This document shows, piece by piece, positions 9,322-19,136 of a stretch of DNA of 64,000 nucleotides. Positions within the stretch are counted from its first letter, which is position 1, and the number at the start of each line of letters is the position of its first letter. Origin of the DNA: a bacterium (GTDB lineage Bacteria; Margulisbacteria; Marinamargulisbacteria; GCA-2716485; JAYNIM01); assembly GCA_038109055.1 (NCBI GenBank), contig JAYNIM010000001.1, positions 555,365 to 619,364 on the forward strand. Direction: 5' to 3'. Under the pieces are notes generated by a model. The model was not told the DNA's origin and did no database searches. It worked only from the letters and a program-made list of their open reading frames with translations. A program made the position numbers and the translations under genes.

Positions 9322-10393
9322 GAGAATGTGGTCCCATACCAAATATAAATTGGAGATAGGCGGTATCTTCTACTTGATCACCTGTATTATATTGCAACCT
9401 AAACTTAGATGTATCCGTTAATTGTTTTACGGCAATTAATGACCATTGTGTTTTTGACTGCCCCTCATCCCCATGTTTACCTAGAGTCCCATAACGAAGA
9501 CCTGCCTCATAACTTGCATTAAAGCTATAAAACGCACTTACAAACCCACCTATTTGTCGTTTTCTACCTTCATTAGGTTCATCTTCTTCCCCATATAAGG
9601 CATTGTAATATTCGCCTTGTAAACTTAATTTTTGATTAACCCCAAGTTCGTGAGTATAACTTAGATCAAGTCCTATCAGCTCTTGTTGTTCTTTTTTTGA
9701 TTCTGCAGATGCATTCCCTAATAAGAAACTTAGTCCTAGTTCGATTTCCTGTTGCTCAGATATAGCCATACTATTCCATAGTCGCGTGTTGAGTAATTCT
9801 TTTTCATACTCAACCCCATGTGCTTCTTCTGTTTGACTAGATTCTTCTTCTTCGTGTTTGGCGACTTTCCAATAGCCTAGTTCAATTTGAGAGAAAAAAG
9901 GGAGTGGTAATAGATAGGCTAATTGTGCGCCCTCCCCAGAAAGGCTTTCATGGCCCCCTAATACCTGCTGAGTAGCTAGAGGACGATCAATAAATTTACG
10001 CTGTTCTGGATGTAAGGGATTTAGTTTTCCAAAATTTACCATTTTCTTTCCTAAAATAGCCCCGATCCCTAAATTAGAAGCCATGTTAGGTGCTATCACA
10101 CCTGCTAAATCTATGAAGGTCACGTAGGCTTCTTCTAGTGCAAGTTCTAATTTATTGTCGCCCTCTTTGTGTAAGGCCATAAAAATATCCGCTTTTACAG
10201 ATGGATACAGCATATGCTGAAACGAAAGTTCAATTTCGTTCACTGAAAAATCATCCTTTTCATCGGTATGTGTGCCTAAAAAAGACCCAATCACTGATAT
10301 ATTTGGAAGATCAGTCGCTTTTTTCTGTTGTGCGTAGCTTGTTATAGATAACGCATATAGACATATCAAAAGATATGTTAGTAATTTTTTCAT
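9308..10393 (-). CDS. Outer-membrane beta-barrel, probable metal-uptake porin/receptor
   Basis: Signal peptide, alternating beta-strand pattern, FGKLNPLH and C-terminal GMGPHSH motif, position in a metal ABC operon. Confidence 0.7.
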   Translation of the reverse strand: MKKLLTYLLICLYALSITSYAQQKKATDLPNISVIGSFLGTHTDEKDDFSVNEIELSFQHMLYPSVKADIFMALHKEGDNKLELALEEAYVTFIDLAGVIAPNMASNLGIGAILGKKMVNFGKLNPLHPEQRKFIDRPLATQQVLGGHESLSGEGAQLAYLLPLPFFSQIELGYWKVAKHEEEESSQTEEAHGVEYEKELLNTRLWNSMAISEQQEIELGLSFLLGNASAESKKEQQELIGLDLSYTHELGVNQKLSLQGEYYNALYGEEDEPNEGRKRQIGGFVSAFYSFNASYEAGLRYGTLGKHGDEGQSKTQWSLIAVKQLTDTSKFRLQYNTGDQVEDTAYLQFIFGMGPHSHVLQ

Positions 10394-10418
10394 TCGTTAC
10401 TCCTTAATTTAACTCGAT

Positions 10419-10439
10419 GTGTATAGCTTAGGTATACAC
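10419..10439 (-). promoter_or_regulatory. Hairpin between leader ORF and OMP gene
   Basis: GTGTATA-N7-TATACAC perfect 7-bp stem. Confidence 0.45.
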
Positions 10440-10451
10440 TGTAGATGCCTC

Positions 10452-10724
10452 TTAAACAGGAGGTGCTCGTGATGAATAGCTATAGATGAGTTCGGGATAG
10501 GTTATTTTTTCTTCTGTTATACTCTTCGTTTCTATATAGATAATATTAATTAATGGAAGTGTAAATGTAGATGAAATGCTCGTATGGTAGGCCAAACATA
10601 TCGAACAGTCTTCACTGTGATGATCATCATCAATTGATACGGCATGAATTGAACTAAAAAATAAGCCTAAAAATACACCTATAACAATCCCATATCTGAT
10701 CATGTTATATTTTTTTGCTTTCAT
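10452..10724 (-). CDS. DUF2946/CruR-like leader peptide with CxxC and C-terminal RAPP
   Basis: N-terminal TM segment, HHSEDCSICLAYH, ends YSSRAPPV; lies directly upstream of the metal-uptake operon. Confidence 0.8.
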   Translation of the reverse strand: MKAKKYNMIRYGIVIGVFLGLFFSSIHAVSIDDDHHSEDCSICLAYHTSISSTFTLPLINIIYIETKSITEEKITYPELIYSYSSRAPPV

Positions 10725-10851
10725 TTTTTTGATACTAGCATATCTTTATATGTATTTACATCCACGAATCGCTCCCTACATTATCATAGCCCTATTTATT
10801 TCTTTTTTTCTTAATTTCATCCTTTATTATGCTATAATCTTGATATTTCTT

Positions 10852-11025
10852 ATGGATCGCTACGAAAAAAAAATTGATGATTACGAAAAAAAACTAGACC
10901 GCATGTTTCGTCAGGAAAGAACCATGTTTTGGTCACGTATTGCGTTTTTGTTTGTGTGGTGTTTATTTTTAGCTTCCTTGGTTTATGTTATTTATTATTT
11001 TTTTTCTGCCTCTTCATTGCCTTAG
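10852..11025 (+). CDS. Small membrane protein
   Basis: MDRYEKKIDDYEKKLDR... plus one TM segment; start trimmed from 10702 to avoid overlap with the divergent gene. Confidence 0.5.
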   Translation: MDRYEKKIDDYEKKLDRMFRQERTMFWSRIAFLFVWCLFLASLVYVIYYFFSASSLP

Positions 11026-11066
11026 TATTTATTTTCATAAGTTATTTTTTATAGTACCCTTCGATT

Positions 11067-11894
11067 ATGGATCATGCCTCGTTTATTCTTGGGTGTTGGC
11101 GCTTGGGAGGTGCTTTTTTTGGAGCGGATAATTGTGACACACAGCTCGCAATTCTACAAGCAGCCTTGGATCGGGGAATTACGGCATTTGATTCTGCCTA
11201 TTTTTATGGACAGGGCGAGGCCGATCGTCGTTTGAGTCGTGTTATTTCCAGCTATCCTCGCTCTGACATCACTCTACACAGCAAAGCTGGTCTACATTGG
11301 CAAGGGCGTAACGTTGTGCATGATGCTAGTCCAGATCAATTAAAACGTACATTAATAAACAGTCTAGACATCCTACACTGTGATTATTTGGATTATTTTT
11401 ATCTACATTGGCCAGATCCCCATATTCCTATTCAGACTAGCTTGTATACCTTGGCTGCTTTTCAAGAAGAGGGTCTTTGTCGCCATATTGGTCTGTGTAA
11501 TTGTACGGCGACGCAATTAACACAGGCGTTATCTACCCAAATTCCCTTTGTTCATCAGCTGCGTTATAATCCCTTGCAACTTCAGAATAAGCCCTTATTA
11601 GAGATGGTTAATAAGTCTCCTGGCTGTTCTACTGTGATTATCTCGCTATTTGAACAAGGTTTGTTACTTTCTGACCCTAACCGTCACTTTGGTAAAAAAG
11701 ATTGGCGACGTCGTAATTCCTTGTTTGGAACACCCCAACTTGAACAGTTTCAACAACAACTTTGTCAACGTTTCGCCTCGTCAGATGACCGTGCTGCTTA
11801 TCTGATTAACTGGCTCTTTGATCAGGCGCCTCACTCTCAATTGTGTGTGGGATTGTCTTCTTCTACACAACTCAAGACCTTTGATTTACACTAA
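11067..11894 (+). CDS. Aldo/keto reductase
   Basis: LGCWRLGG, FDSAYFYGQG, SKAG, DYLDYFYLHWPD, IGLCN. Confidence 0.9.
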   Translation: MDHASFILGCWRLGGAFFGADNCDTQLAILQAALDRGITAFDSAYFYGQGEADRRLSRVISSYPRSDITLHSKAGLHWQGRNVVHDASPDQLKRTLINSLDILHCDYLDYFYLHWPDPHIPIQTSLYTLAAFQEEGLCRHIGLCNCTATQLTQALSTQIPFVHQLRYNPLQLQNKPLLEMVNKSPGCSTVIISLFEQGLLLSDPNRHFGKKDWRRRNSLFGTPQLEQFQQQLCQRFASSDDRAAYLINWLFDQAPHSQLCVGLSSSTQLKTFDLH

Positions 11895-11898
11895 ATTC

Positions 11899-11927
11899 TT
11901 TACATAAAGTATACTTCTTGCTAATCT
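11899..11927 (+). promoter_or_regulatory. Putative sigma-70 promoter for the kinase gene
   Basis: TTTACA-17 bp-TAATCT with extended TG. Confidence 0.45.
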
Positions 11928-12035
11928 TTTTCTGAAATTGACTTCGTCATACCTTGTATGTCGCTGTTTATTTTAATTTATTTTAGAGTCAAAGCATCGC
12001 CTGTCTTCAGGTTGCCTGTCTCTATTTAAAAGGAA

Positions 12036-13913
12036 TTGATTACCATTCAACATTTACAAACTTTTGATGCTCTTCTACAAGGATCTCAAGACTATCCATC
12101 CGATACAACGCTAGCTCCAGATGAGCTTAGAATTCGATTGCAAAAATGCCTGTCTGCGCGTCATCCCAGGGCTTTTCCTCCAGCTTCTAATAGGTCTAAA
12201 TCATCTGTTCATACGTTAAAAAATCTACAAAACGTTCATCATCTCCAAAAGGCCTTTCATCAAGCTTGTGCCGACAGAACTCTCTTCATTTTTCAGAGAA
12301 ACTATCCAGTTAAGTACGTGGATATTGAATGCAAGAATGATGGTGTCACAGAGCTTGGGGCTTCGGCTAAACAAGGGTATTCGGATAATGTCCAACAGTT
12401 ATTAGCTATGGGCGCTAATCCTTTTAATATGGGGATTAGCTTTAAAGATGTTCATGAACAGTGCCGTCCTGCTATTAAACGTGCTTTATTTAAAGCCTGT
12501 CTTAGGAAACTTAACAAGACCTACGGTAAAGAAATAGACATTGATTCTGTTTTAAATGTAGGAAAAAAGATTAATCTAGGAGGAAAGATTGATGTTGATT
12601 TTAAACTTGATAATGATTCATCTGCTTTAGATTTTGCATTGTGTTATTTTGATGTAGAACTTGTTGAAACACTTTTAGATATTGGGGCTAATCCTATGAC
12701 ATCTTATCAAAGGTTTTATGGTCTTTTATATGAAGAAGAAACTCCTACCCCAAACCCGAATGCTGATAAGGTTCTTTCCTTAATGATTAAATATGGATTT
12801 GATATCACTGATCAAACACTCATAGATCATGAAGGACCTACATTTCTTTCAAAACTGTGTCTAGAAAAAGGTATCCTTGGTCTTTTAAGACTTGCTAAAT
12901 TATATTCCAATATACCGGATAAAATCCCTGATGAACTTCAGGAACTTTTTTTTGCCTTATCTTTAAACAATACACTAGATTCTAGTCATTTCAACTCTCC
13001 TTTAGCAAGTCAATATACCGAAAAGTGTACTAATCCTGGAACTTTAACGTGTATTGGTTCTGGAAGTTTTGGAAAAGTTTATAAAATTGATGATCAAAAT
13101 GCGGCAAAGGTCGTTTCTTTTGCTCAGGATTATACGCCAATACAGGCACTCACCGAATTTGTTTATGCACAGTTATTTTCACGTAAAATATACCAATCTA
13201 TTTCTATTACAAACGACAAAGCTATATTTATTATGAAAAAGGCTTCATGTAATTTGGGAGAAGTTCTTTTTAAAGGGGTACGCTCTGATGAAATATTGTT
13301 AAAAATTGCAAAATCTTTAACTAAACAAGTAGCACGTATGCATGATAAGGGGATTGTCCATAGAGACCTAAAAACTGGAAATGTATTAGTTTTCAATGAC
13401 AAAAAACATAATTTTTTACTTTGTGATTTTGGTACTACTATGCAGGTTGCTAACTGTTTAGCGTGTAAAAATGTAACGACTGAAGTTTATGCTTCAGAAC
13501 GTGCATTAAAAGAGGAAGAACCTTACACAATGGCAGATGATATCTACAGCTTGGGTGCTATTTTTTATGAAATGGCTACCAAACGATATACTTGGCCTGA
13601 TAGTTCACCTACCTATATTAAGTATCAATTAAAAAATGAAAAAAAATGGCATACTGCTCAAGACACTCAACTTGATAACCCAACTCCAACTAAAGCATTT
13701 CTTCTTGAGACGGCTAAATTGTGTATGGGATGTTATCCAAAGAGGGAGTCTATAGACACTGCCCAAAAGCTATGGGAACACTTAAGGACTTTTGATCCAA
13801 CTCACACACGCCCCGAGTCACGACCAGTTGCGACTCCATCTCCACCTCCCTTTTTCGAGAATCCACCTAAACTTACATTGCCAAGACCTCAAGCTACTCA
13901 TAAAGCGTCTTAA
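12036..13913 (+). CDS. Ankyrin-repeat + Hanks-type Ser/Thr protein kinase
   Basis: Ankyrin-like units (TELGASAKQGYSDNVQQLLAMGANP; SALDFALCYFDVELVETLLDIGANP); IGSGSFGKVY, AAK, HRDLKTGN, DFG, DIYSLG; Pro-rich tail. Confidence 0.88.
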   Translation: MITIQHLQTFDALLQGSQDYPSDTTLAPDELRIRLQKCLSARHPRAFPPASNRSKSSVHTLKNLQNVHHLQKAFHQACADRTLFIFQRNYPVKYVDIECKNDGVTELGASAKQGYSDNVQQLLAMGANPFNMGISFKDVHEQCRPAIKRALFKACLRKLNKTYGKEIDIDSVLNVGKKINLGGKIDVDFKLDNDSSALDFALCYFDVELVETLLDIGANPMTSYQRFYGLLYEEETPTPNPNADKVLSLMIKYGFDITDQTLIDHEGPTFLSKLCLEKGILGLLRLAKLYSNIPDKIPDELQELFFALSLNNTLDSSHFNSPLASQYTEKCTNPGTLTCIGSGSFGKVYKIDDQNAAKVVSFAQDYTPIQALTEFVYAQLFSRKIYQSISITNDKAIFIMKKASCNLGEVLFKGVRSDEILLKIAKSLTKQVARMHDKGIVHRDLKTGNVLVFNDKKHNFLLCDFGTTMQVANCLACKNVTTEVYASERALKEEEPYTMADDIYSLGAIFYEMATKRYTWPDSSPTYIKYQLKNEKKWHTAQDTQLDNPTPTKAFLLETAKLCMGCYPKRESIDTAQKLWEHLRTFDPTHTRPESRPVATPSPPPFFENPPKLTLPRPQATHKAS

Positions 13914-13962
13914 CATTTACAAATTCTGCATTTAGTCTCCCTAAAAGAGATATGCCTAATCT

Positions 13963-15324
13963 CTAATTTTGGCAGTTATTCACACGCACACCATCACGAC
14001 CATCTTTAATCTCAAGACCAAACTCATCTCGTAATTGTTGACGAAACCTATCTGCGCTGGCATAGTCCTTGTTTTTTCGGGCCTCTTCTCTGGCTTGAAT
14101 TAGCGTTTGTGCTGCTTCTGGGATGTTTTTTTGTGTCCTACTTACTTCAAAAAGCCCCAAACGTTGGCCACAACGCTTAATTAGTTCTGTGCCACATTTC
14201 TGCTGATTGCATGTTTTGTTCATCTCAAACAGAACACCTATCCCTGCCGCTGCATTAAAATCGTCTCTGATGACCGTATTAAATTTTTCTTCTAATGAGC
14301 GAAATATATCTTTGTTTTTTGAATCAACTTTGGGGGAGATCTCGCTGTTTTCTAAGGTTTGTTGAAGTCGTCCATAGGCTTGCTTGGCTTCATCAAGCCC
14401 CTCTTTGCTAAAATTTAAAGGGTGGCGATAATGCGTTTTAAGTAGATAAAAGCGTAAGACCTCGCCTGAATAGTCCCTTAAACATTGTTTTAAGCGAATA
14501 AAATTTTTCGTTGATTTGGCCATTTTGCTATTGTTTAAATTCACAAAACCATTATGAACCCAATATCGTGAAAAACAGGCGCCATTTGCACATTCACTTT
14601 GAGCAATTTCATTTTCATGATGTGGAAAAATCAAATCTTCTCCCCCAGCATGAATATCAATACTATCGCCCAACAACTGTTTCGCCATGGCTGAGCATTC
14701 AATATGCCAACCAGGCCGTCCTTTTCCCCAAGGACTTTCCCAAGAAGGCTCTTGAGGTTTTGCCGCTTTCCATAATACAAAATCTAATGGATTCTTTTTT
14801 TTATCCCCAATCTCTACACGCGCCCCAGCCTCTAGATCCTCAAGGACCTTTTTAGACAATTTCCCATAGTCTGCTGCAGATTGCGTTTCAAAATAAACAT
14901 CCCCCTCACAAACATAGGCTGCTTTTTTGCTAATTAAGGTGTCGATCATTGTGATGATATCGGAAATATGTTCGGTAGCTTTGGGATAATGATTTGCTTT
15001 TTGGATATTTAACTGTGCCATATCCTCATGAAAGGACTGGATATAGGTTTCTGTTAGTTCTGTTAATTCTCGCTTCTCTTTGATACAGCGCGTGATAATT
15101 TTGTCATCAATATCTGTAAAGTTTTGGACATAGGTCACCTGATAACCCGCATGTTCCAAGATTCGCCGCATTGTATCAAAGGCTACATAGGCGCGCGCAT
15201 GACCGAGATGGCAATCATCGTAGACCGTAACGCCACAGACATACATCGCTACTTTCGGTCTATTAATAGGTTTAAACAGTTCTTTTTTACGGCTTAAAGT
15301 GTTATAGATATGTAGATTTTTCAT
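13963..15324 (-). CDS. cysS: Cysteine--tRNA ligase
   Basis: YVCGVTVY, HLGH, GRPGWHIECSAM, FPHHENE, KMAKS. Confidence 0.97.
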   Translation of the reverse strand: MKNLHIYNTLSRKKELFKPINRPKVAMYVCGVTVYDDCHLGHARAYVAFDTMRRILEHAGYQVTYVQNFTDIDDKIITRCIKEKRELTELTETYIQSFHEDMAQLNIQKANHYPKATEHISDIITMIDTLISKKAAYVCEGDVYFETQSAADYGKLSKKVLEDLEAGARVEIGDKKKNPLDFVLWKAAKPQEPSWESPWGKGRPGWHIECSAMAKQLLGDSIDIHAGGEDLIFPHHENEIAQSECANGACFSRYWVHNGFVNLNNSKMAKSTKNFIRLKQCLRDYSGEVLRFYLLKTHYRHPLNFSKEGLDEAKQAYGRLQQTLENSEISPKVDSKNKDIFRSLEEKFNTVIRDDFNAAAGIGVLFEMNKTCNQQKCGTELIKRCGQRLGLFEVSRTQKNIPEAAQTLIQAREEARKNKDYASADRFRQQLRDEFGLEIKDGRDGVRVNNCQN

Positions 15325-15335
15325 GGATGTCTTTT

Positions 15336-16127
15336 TTAAGCTTTAGGAAAGGTACTTTGTTCCACATCTTCTTTAAACGCTGAAATAGCTTTTTTCATAG
15401 GTTCAAATAATTTCGCATATTGTTTCACAAAAGAGGGTACTTTTTTATTACTTAGTCCCAAAAGATCTTGAGTCACCAATACCTGCCCATCACAATCGGG
15501 GCCTGCCCCAATTCCAATAACAGGAATCGTTAAAGTTTGCTGGACAGTTTTTGCAACGTCAGAAGGTACACATTCCAAAATAACTGCAAAACATCCGATA
15601 TCTTCGGCTATTTCAGCGCGATCAATTAATTGAGCTTCTGTGGATTTGTTTTTGGCCTGCCTTTTATAGCCACCCAACTGATAAACAGATTGTGGCGTTA
15701 AGCCTAAATGTGCAATAACCGGTATTCCGCAGTTAAGAATGCTTTGGATACGGGACATGTCTTCGTTTGAAAACACTTCGATTTTAACAGCCTGAGCTCC
15801 GCCCTCTTTGATGAGCCTACCTGCATTTTCTCTGGCTTTTTCATCACTCACTTGATAGCTCATAAAGGGCATGTCGGCTATCAATAATGCCCTCTCACAC
15901 CCTCGAGCAACAGCTTGGCAATGATAGAGCATGTGGTCCATGGTCACCGGCAAGGTGTTATCAAACCCCGCAACTACATTTCCTAACGAATCACCAATTA
16001 ATATCATTTCTATCCCTACCGCTTCTAAAAGACCTGCTGTTATTGCATCATAGGCGGTTAACATACATAACTTTTTCTTGTCGGCTTTGTCTACTTTTAA
16101 GCTTTGGGCTGATTTACGATATTTCAT
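15336..16127 (-). CDS. panB: 3-methyl-2-oxobutanoate hydroxymethyltransferase
   Basis: LTAYD, IGDSLG, ADMPF, AHLGLTPQ, GIGAGPDCDGQVLV. Confidence 0.96.
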   Translation of the reverse strand: MKYRKSAQSLKVDKADKKKLCMLTAYDAITAGLLEAVGIEMILIGDSLGNVVAGFDNTLPVTMDHMLYHCQAVARGCERALLIADMPFMSYQVSDEKARENAGRLIKEGGAQAVKIEVFSNEDMSRIQSILNCGIPVIAHLGLTPQSVYQLGGYKRQAKNKSTEAQLIDRAEIAEDIGCFAVILECVPSDVAKTVQQTLTIPVIGIGAGPDCDGQVLVTQDLLGLSNKKVPSFVKQYAKLFEPMKKAISAFKEDVEQSTFPKA

Positions 16128-16953
16128 CTTTTGTCTTTGTTTTTTTATTGATATTTTTTAGTGACTGGAAAAACTGTTTAGTAAAGGAGCCTTTTTGGCT
16201 TGGTGTGCTTTGATATAAATTAAAGAGTCGTGTACTTAAGGCTTCACGGGTTAAAAATCGGTCCATATTCCCATTCTCTACTAAGGAAATAACGCCTTTC
16301 TCTTCAGAGACCACAATAATAATGGCATCTGTAAGCTCTGACAAGCCTAAAGCGGCACGGTGTCGTGTCCCTAAACGACGATCTTGAATAGGGGTATCGG
16401 TTAAGGGCAATAAACAGCCTGCTGCTACTAATTTATTTTTATGAATGATGACGGCGCCATCATGCGTTGGTGAACCCGGATAAAATAAATTTAATAATAA
16501 ATCTTCGCTAATATCCGCATTAATCTGCAAACCTGCTTTGCAATAGGCTTCTAAATTACTGCTCACTTCTATGGCTAATAACGCGCCTGTTTGTTCCTTT
16601 GACAACGTTTCCACCGCTTTTAAAATCGCCTGAATACAACGAGTATCCAAACATTGTTCTTGAGAAAATAATGGGGCTGCAAATGATCTTGATGCACCCA
16701 CTCGTTCTAAAAAACGTCGTAGTTCTGGTTGAAAAATAATCACCATCATAATCAGTAACACAGTAGTTAGTTGGCCTAGCACCCAATTGAGGGTTTGAAA
16801 ACCTATTAAGTAACTCACTAGGAAAATAGAGGCGAAAAATATAATCCCTTTAATTAAATTAAAGGCATGCGTGTTTCTTAACCATAATAACGAGCGATAC
16901 AAAATGATATATACCAATAAAAAATCAAAGGCTGTTATTAGGTACTGTATCAT
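16114..16953 (-). CDS. cdaA: Membrane diadenylate cyclase
   Basis: Three N-terminal TMs, FQPELRR, HDGA and LGTRHRAA motifs. Confidence 0.95.
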   Translation of the reverse strand: MIQYLITAFDFLLVYIILYRSLLWLRNTHAFNLIKGIIFFASIFLVSYLIGFQTLNWVLGQLTTVLLIMMVIIFQPELRRFLERVGASRSFAAPLFSQEQCLDTRCIQAILKAVETLSKEQTGALLAIEVSSNLEAYCKAGLQINADISEDLLLNLFYPGSPTHDGAVIIHKNKLVAAGCLLPLTDTPIQDRRLGTRHRAALGLSELTDAIIIVVSEEKGVISLVENGNMDRFLTREALSTRLFNLYQSTPSQKGSFTKQFFQSLKNINKKTKTKDEIS

Positions 16954-18251
16954 TCTAACGGTTGATCTTTGGCAATCAAATCAGCCACACTCTCACGTTG
17001 CACAAGAACTCTTTCTTCTTTTTTATTCACCAATAGCATCGCTGGTTTTCTGCTACGATTATAATTAGAGGCCATGGCATAATTATACGCTCCTGTGCCA
17101 TAAACCAGCAAAAACTCACCTGCTTTTGTTTCTGGCAAGGTGATATTTTTCCCTAAAATATCTCCTGATTCACAAAATTTTCCGGCAATCTGATATTGTT
17201 TCTCTTCTCGTTGTGTTTCTGAAGATAAGGAAAAATGATATGTAGATCCGTAGAGAATTGGTCGTGGATTGTCCGCCATCCCTCCATCAACAAAGATATA
17301 GGTATCTTTTGCACAGGTCTTAATCCGTCCTATTTGATAAATGGTCAGTCCACTGTCTCCGACAATCGAACGCCCTGGTTCAAACAAAAGTTTCGGCAAT
17401 GATAGCTGTTTTTTTTTGCAAGCTACTTTGACTAAGTCTATTATTTTTTTAAGGTGAGACTTAATATCTACCTTGAGGTCTTTTGGCGTATAGGCAATCC
17501 CCATACCTCCTCCTAAATTTAATTGTTCAACTTCAAAGCCCTGCTCTTTTTTAAGCGTTTGTAAAAAATCTGTACTTTGCTCTACAAGTTCTAAATAAGG
17601 TTCCACATCTAAAATTTGTGAACCAATGTGGCTATGTAGTCCTAGGCACTGAATCTGTGCTTGACTTTGTATAAAGGTAATGGCCTGTTTGCATTGGGTT
17701 TTGTCCATACCAAATTTAGAACTGGCATGCCCCGTTTGGATATGTGCATGGGTATTTGTTTGTATATCTGGATTAAACCTCAATAGCACTTTAGCGATTT
17801 CACTTTCTACCAGACAATTTCTTAACTGAATCAGCTCATCCATATTATCGATGACAATCATCACTTTGTTTTCTACGGCTAATCGTAATTCTTCATCAGA
17901 CTTATTATTGCCATGAAGTAATAACTTTTCGTTTGGTATTTGGCTCTGTAATGCTGTATACAATTCTCCGAAAGACACCACATCTGCCCCCAAACCCTGT
18001 TTGGCTATAAGATCTAACAACCCTATATTTATGTTTGCTTTTGCTGCATAATAGATCTGATAATCAGGATAATATTTATCTAATACCTCTGTGTATTGTT
18101 TACAATTTTCCTCAATAGTTTCTTGGTCAATAATATACAGAGGGGTTCCATATTTTTTTGCTAATGTCTCTAAACTATGCCCACCCACACAATATTGTTG
18201 CTGTTTATTTTTACTAAAGCTTTTTGGATAATTAGCTGGATTTTTTATCAT
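16950..18251 (-). CDS. lysA: Diaminopimelate decarboxylase
   Basis: YGTPLY, YAAKA, SKFG, HSHIGSQ, EPGRS, CESGD, GAYNYAMASNYN; start trimmed to ATG 18251. Confidence 0.95.
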   Translation of the reverse strand: MIKNPANYPKSFSKNKQQQYCVGGHSLETLAKKYGTPLYIIDQETIEENCKQYTEVLDKYYPDYQIYYAAKANINIGLLDLIAKQGLGADVVSFGELYTALQSQIPNEKLLLHGNNKSDEELRLAVENKVMIVIDNMDELIQLRNCLVESEIAKVLLRFNPDIQTNTHAHIQTGHASSKFGMDKTQCKQAITFIQSQAQIQCLGLHSHIGSQILDVEPYLELVEQSTDFLQTLKKEQGFEVEQLNLGGGMGIAYTPKDLKVDIKSHLKKIIDLVKVACKKKQLSLPKLLFEPGRSIVGDSGLTIYQIGRIKTCAKDTYIFVDGGMADNPRPILYGSTYHFSLSSETQREEKQYQIAGKFCESGDILGKNITLPETKAGEFLLVYGTGAYNYAMASNYNRSRKPAMLLVNKKEERVLVQRESVADLIAKDQPLE

Positions 18252-18576
18252 TCTTGCCCACATTGATAACCACTGGTTCTAGTGTTTCATTGTCGTGAAT
18301 CTGAGCGTAAGAAATAATAAATACTTCATCTCCGACTTCACCTTTGCGTGCAGCTGGTCCATTTAAAATAAAATGCCCACTACCTGCTGGAGCGGCAATT
18401 GCATAGGTTACTAAGCGTTCACCGTTATTTAAATTAACAATATGAATCTGTTCGTTTTCTTCAATATTTGCCTGTTTCATAATGTCTGCATCTATTCCGA
18501 AACTGCCATCATAAAATAAATTTGAGTCTGTGACTCTTGCATATGAAATTTTTGATTTTAATACCGTTCTTATCAT
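18232..18576 (-). CDS. panD: Aspartate 1-decarboxylase
   Basis: LKSKI, YDG|S cleavage site, NGERLVTYAI, NGPAAR. Confidence 0.93.
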   Translation of the reverse strand: MIRTVLKSKISYARVTDSNLFYDGSFGIDADIMKQANIEENEQIHIVNLNNGERLVTYAIAAPAGSGHFILNGPAARKGEVGDEVFIISYAQIHDNETLEPVVINVGKNDKKSS

Positions 18577-18583
18577 CTCTATT

Positions 18584-19033
18584 TTATCCTTCTATTGGTA
18601 AATTCTTATCAATAATCAAAACACCCTCTAAATGATCGTTTTCATGCTGAATAATGGTGGCAACCATTGCGTCAACGTCTAGAGTAAATGTTTTACCGTG
18701 GCGATTTTGAGCCTTAATTGTTAGTTTTTCGTAACGATCAACAGGGACTTGTATTCCCGGAATACTTAAACACCCTTCATTCATGGATTGCTGTCCAGAC
18801 ATGTTAGATAAGACAGGATTAATAAACTCATGGTAAACCCCTTCATATCCAATCACAAAAATACGTTGTAACACACCTACTTGTGGAGCTGCCAAGCCAA
18901 TCCCATTGTATTGGGCCATGGTGTCATAAAGGTCTTCGATAAATGTCTGTATTTTTTTATCAAAGGTGGTTACTTCTGCTGCCTTTTCTCGTAGTACTGG
19001 GTTTGGATGTTGGACAACGTCTAAGATCGTCAT
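18584..19033 (-). CDS. def: Peptide deformylase
   Basis: GIGLAAPQVG, EGCLS, QHENDH. Confidence 0.96.
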   Translation of the reverse strand: MTILDVVQHPNPVLREKAAEVTTFDKKIQTFIEDLYDTMAQYNGIGLAAPQVGVLQRIFVIGYEGVYHEFINPVLSNMSGQQSMNEGCLSIPGIQVPVDRYEKLTIKAQNRHGKTFTLDVDAMVATIIQHENDHLEGVLIIDKNLPIEG

Positions 19034-19136
19034 TTTTATTTTTTATCATAATTATGTTTAAAAAACAACTTAGCCTTTCACAAAATCCCCTTTATTTATG
19101 TTTAAATGCTGTGTTTTTTTGGGTACTCTTTACGAT

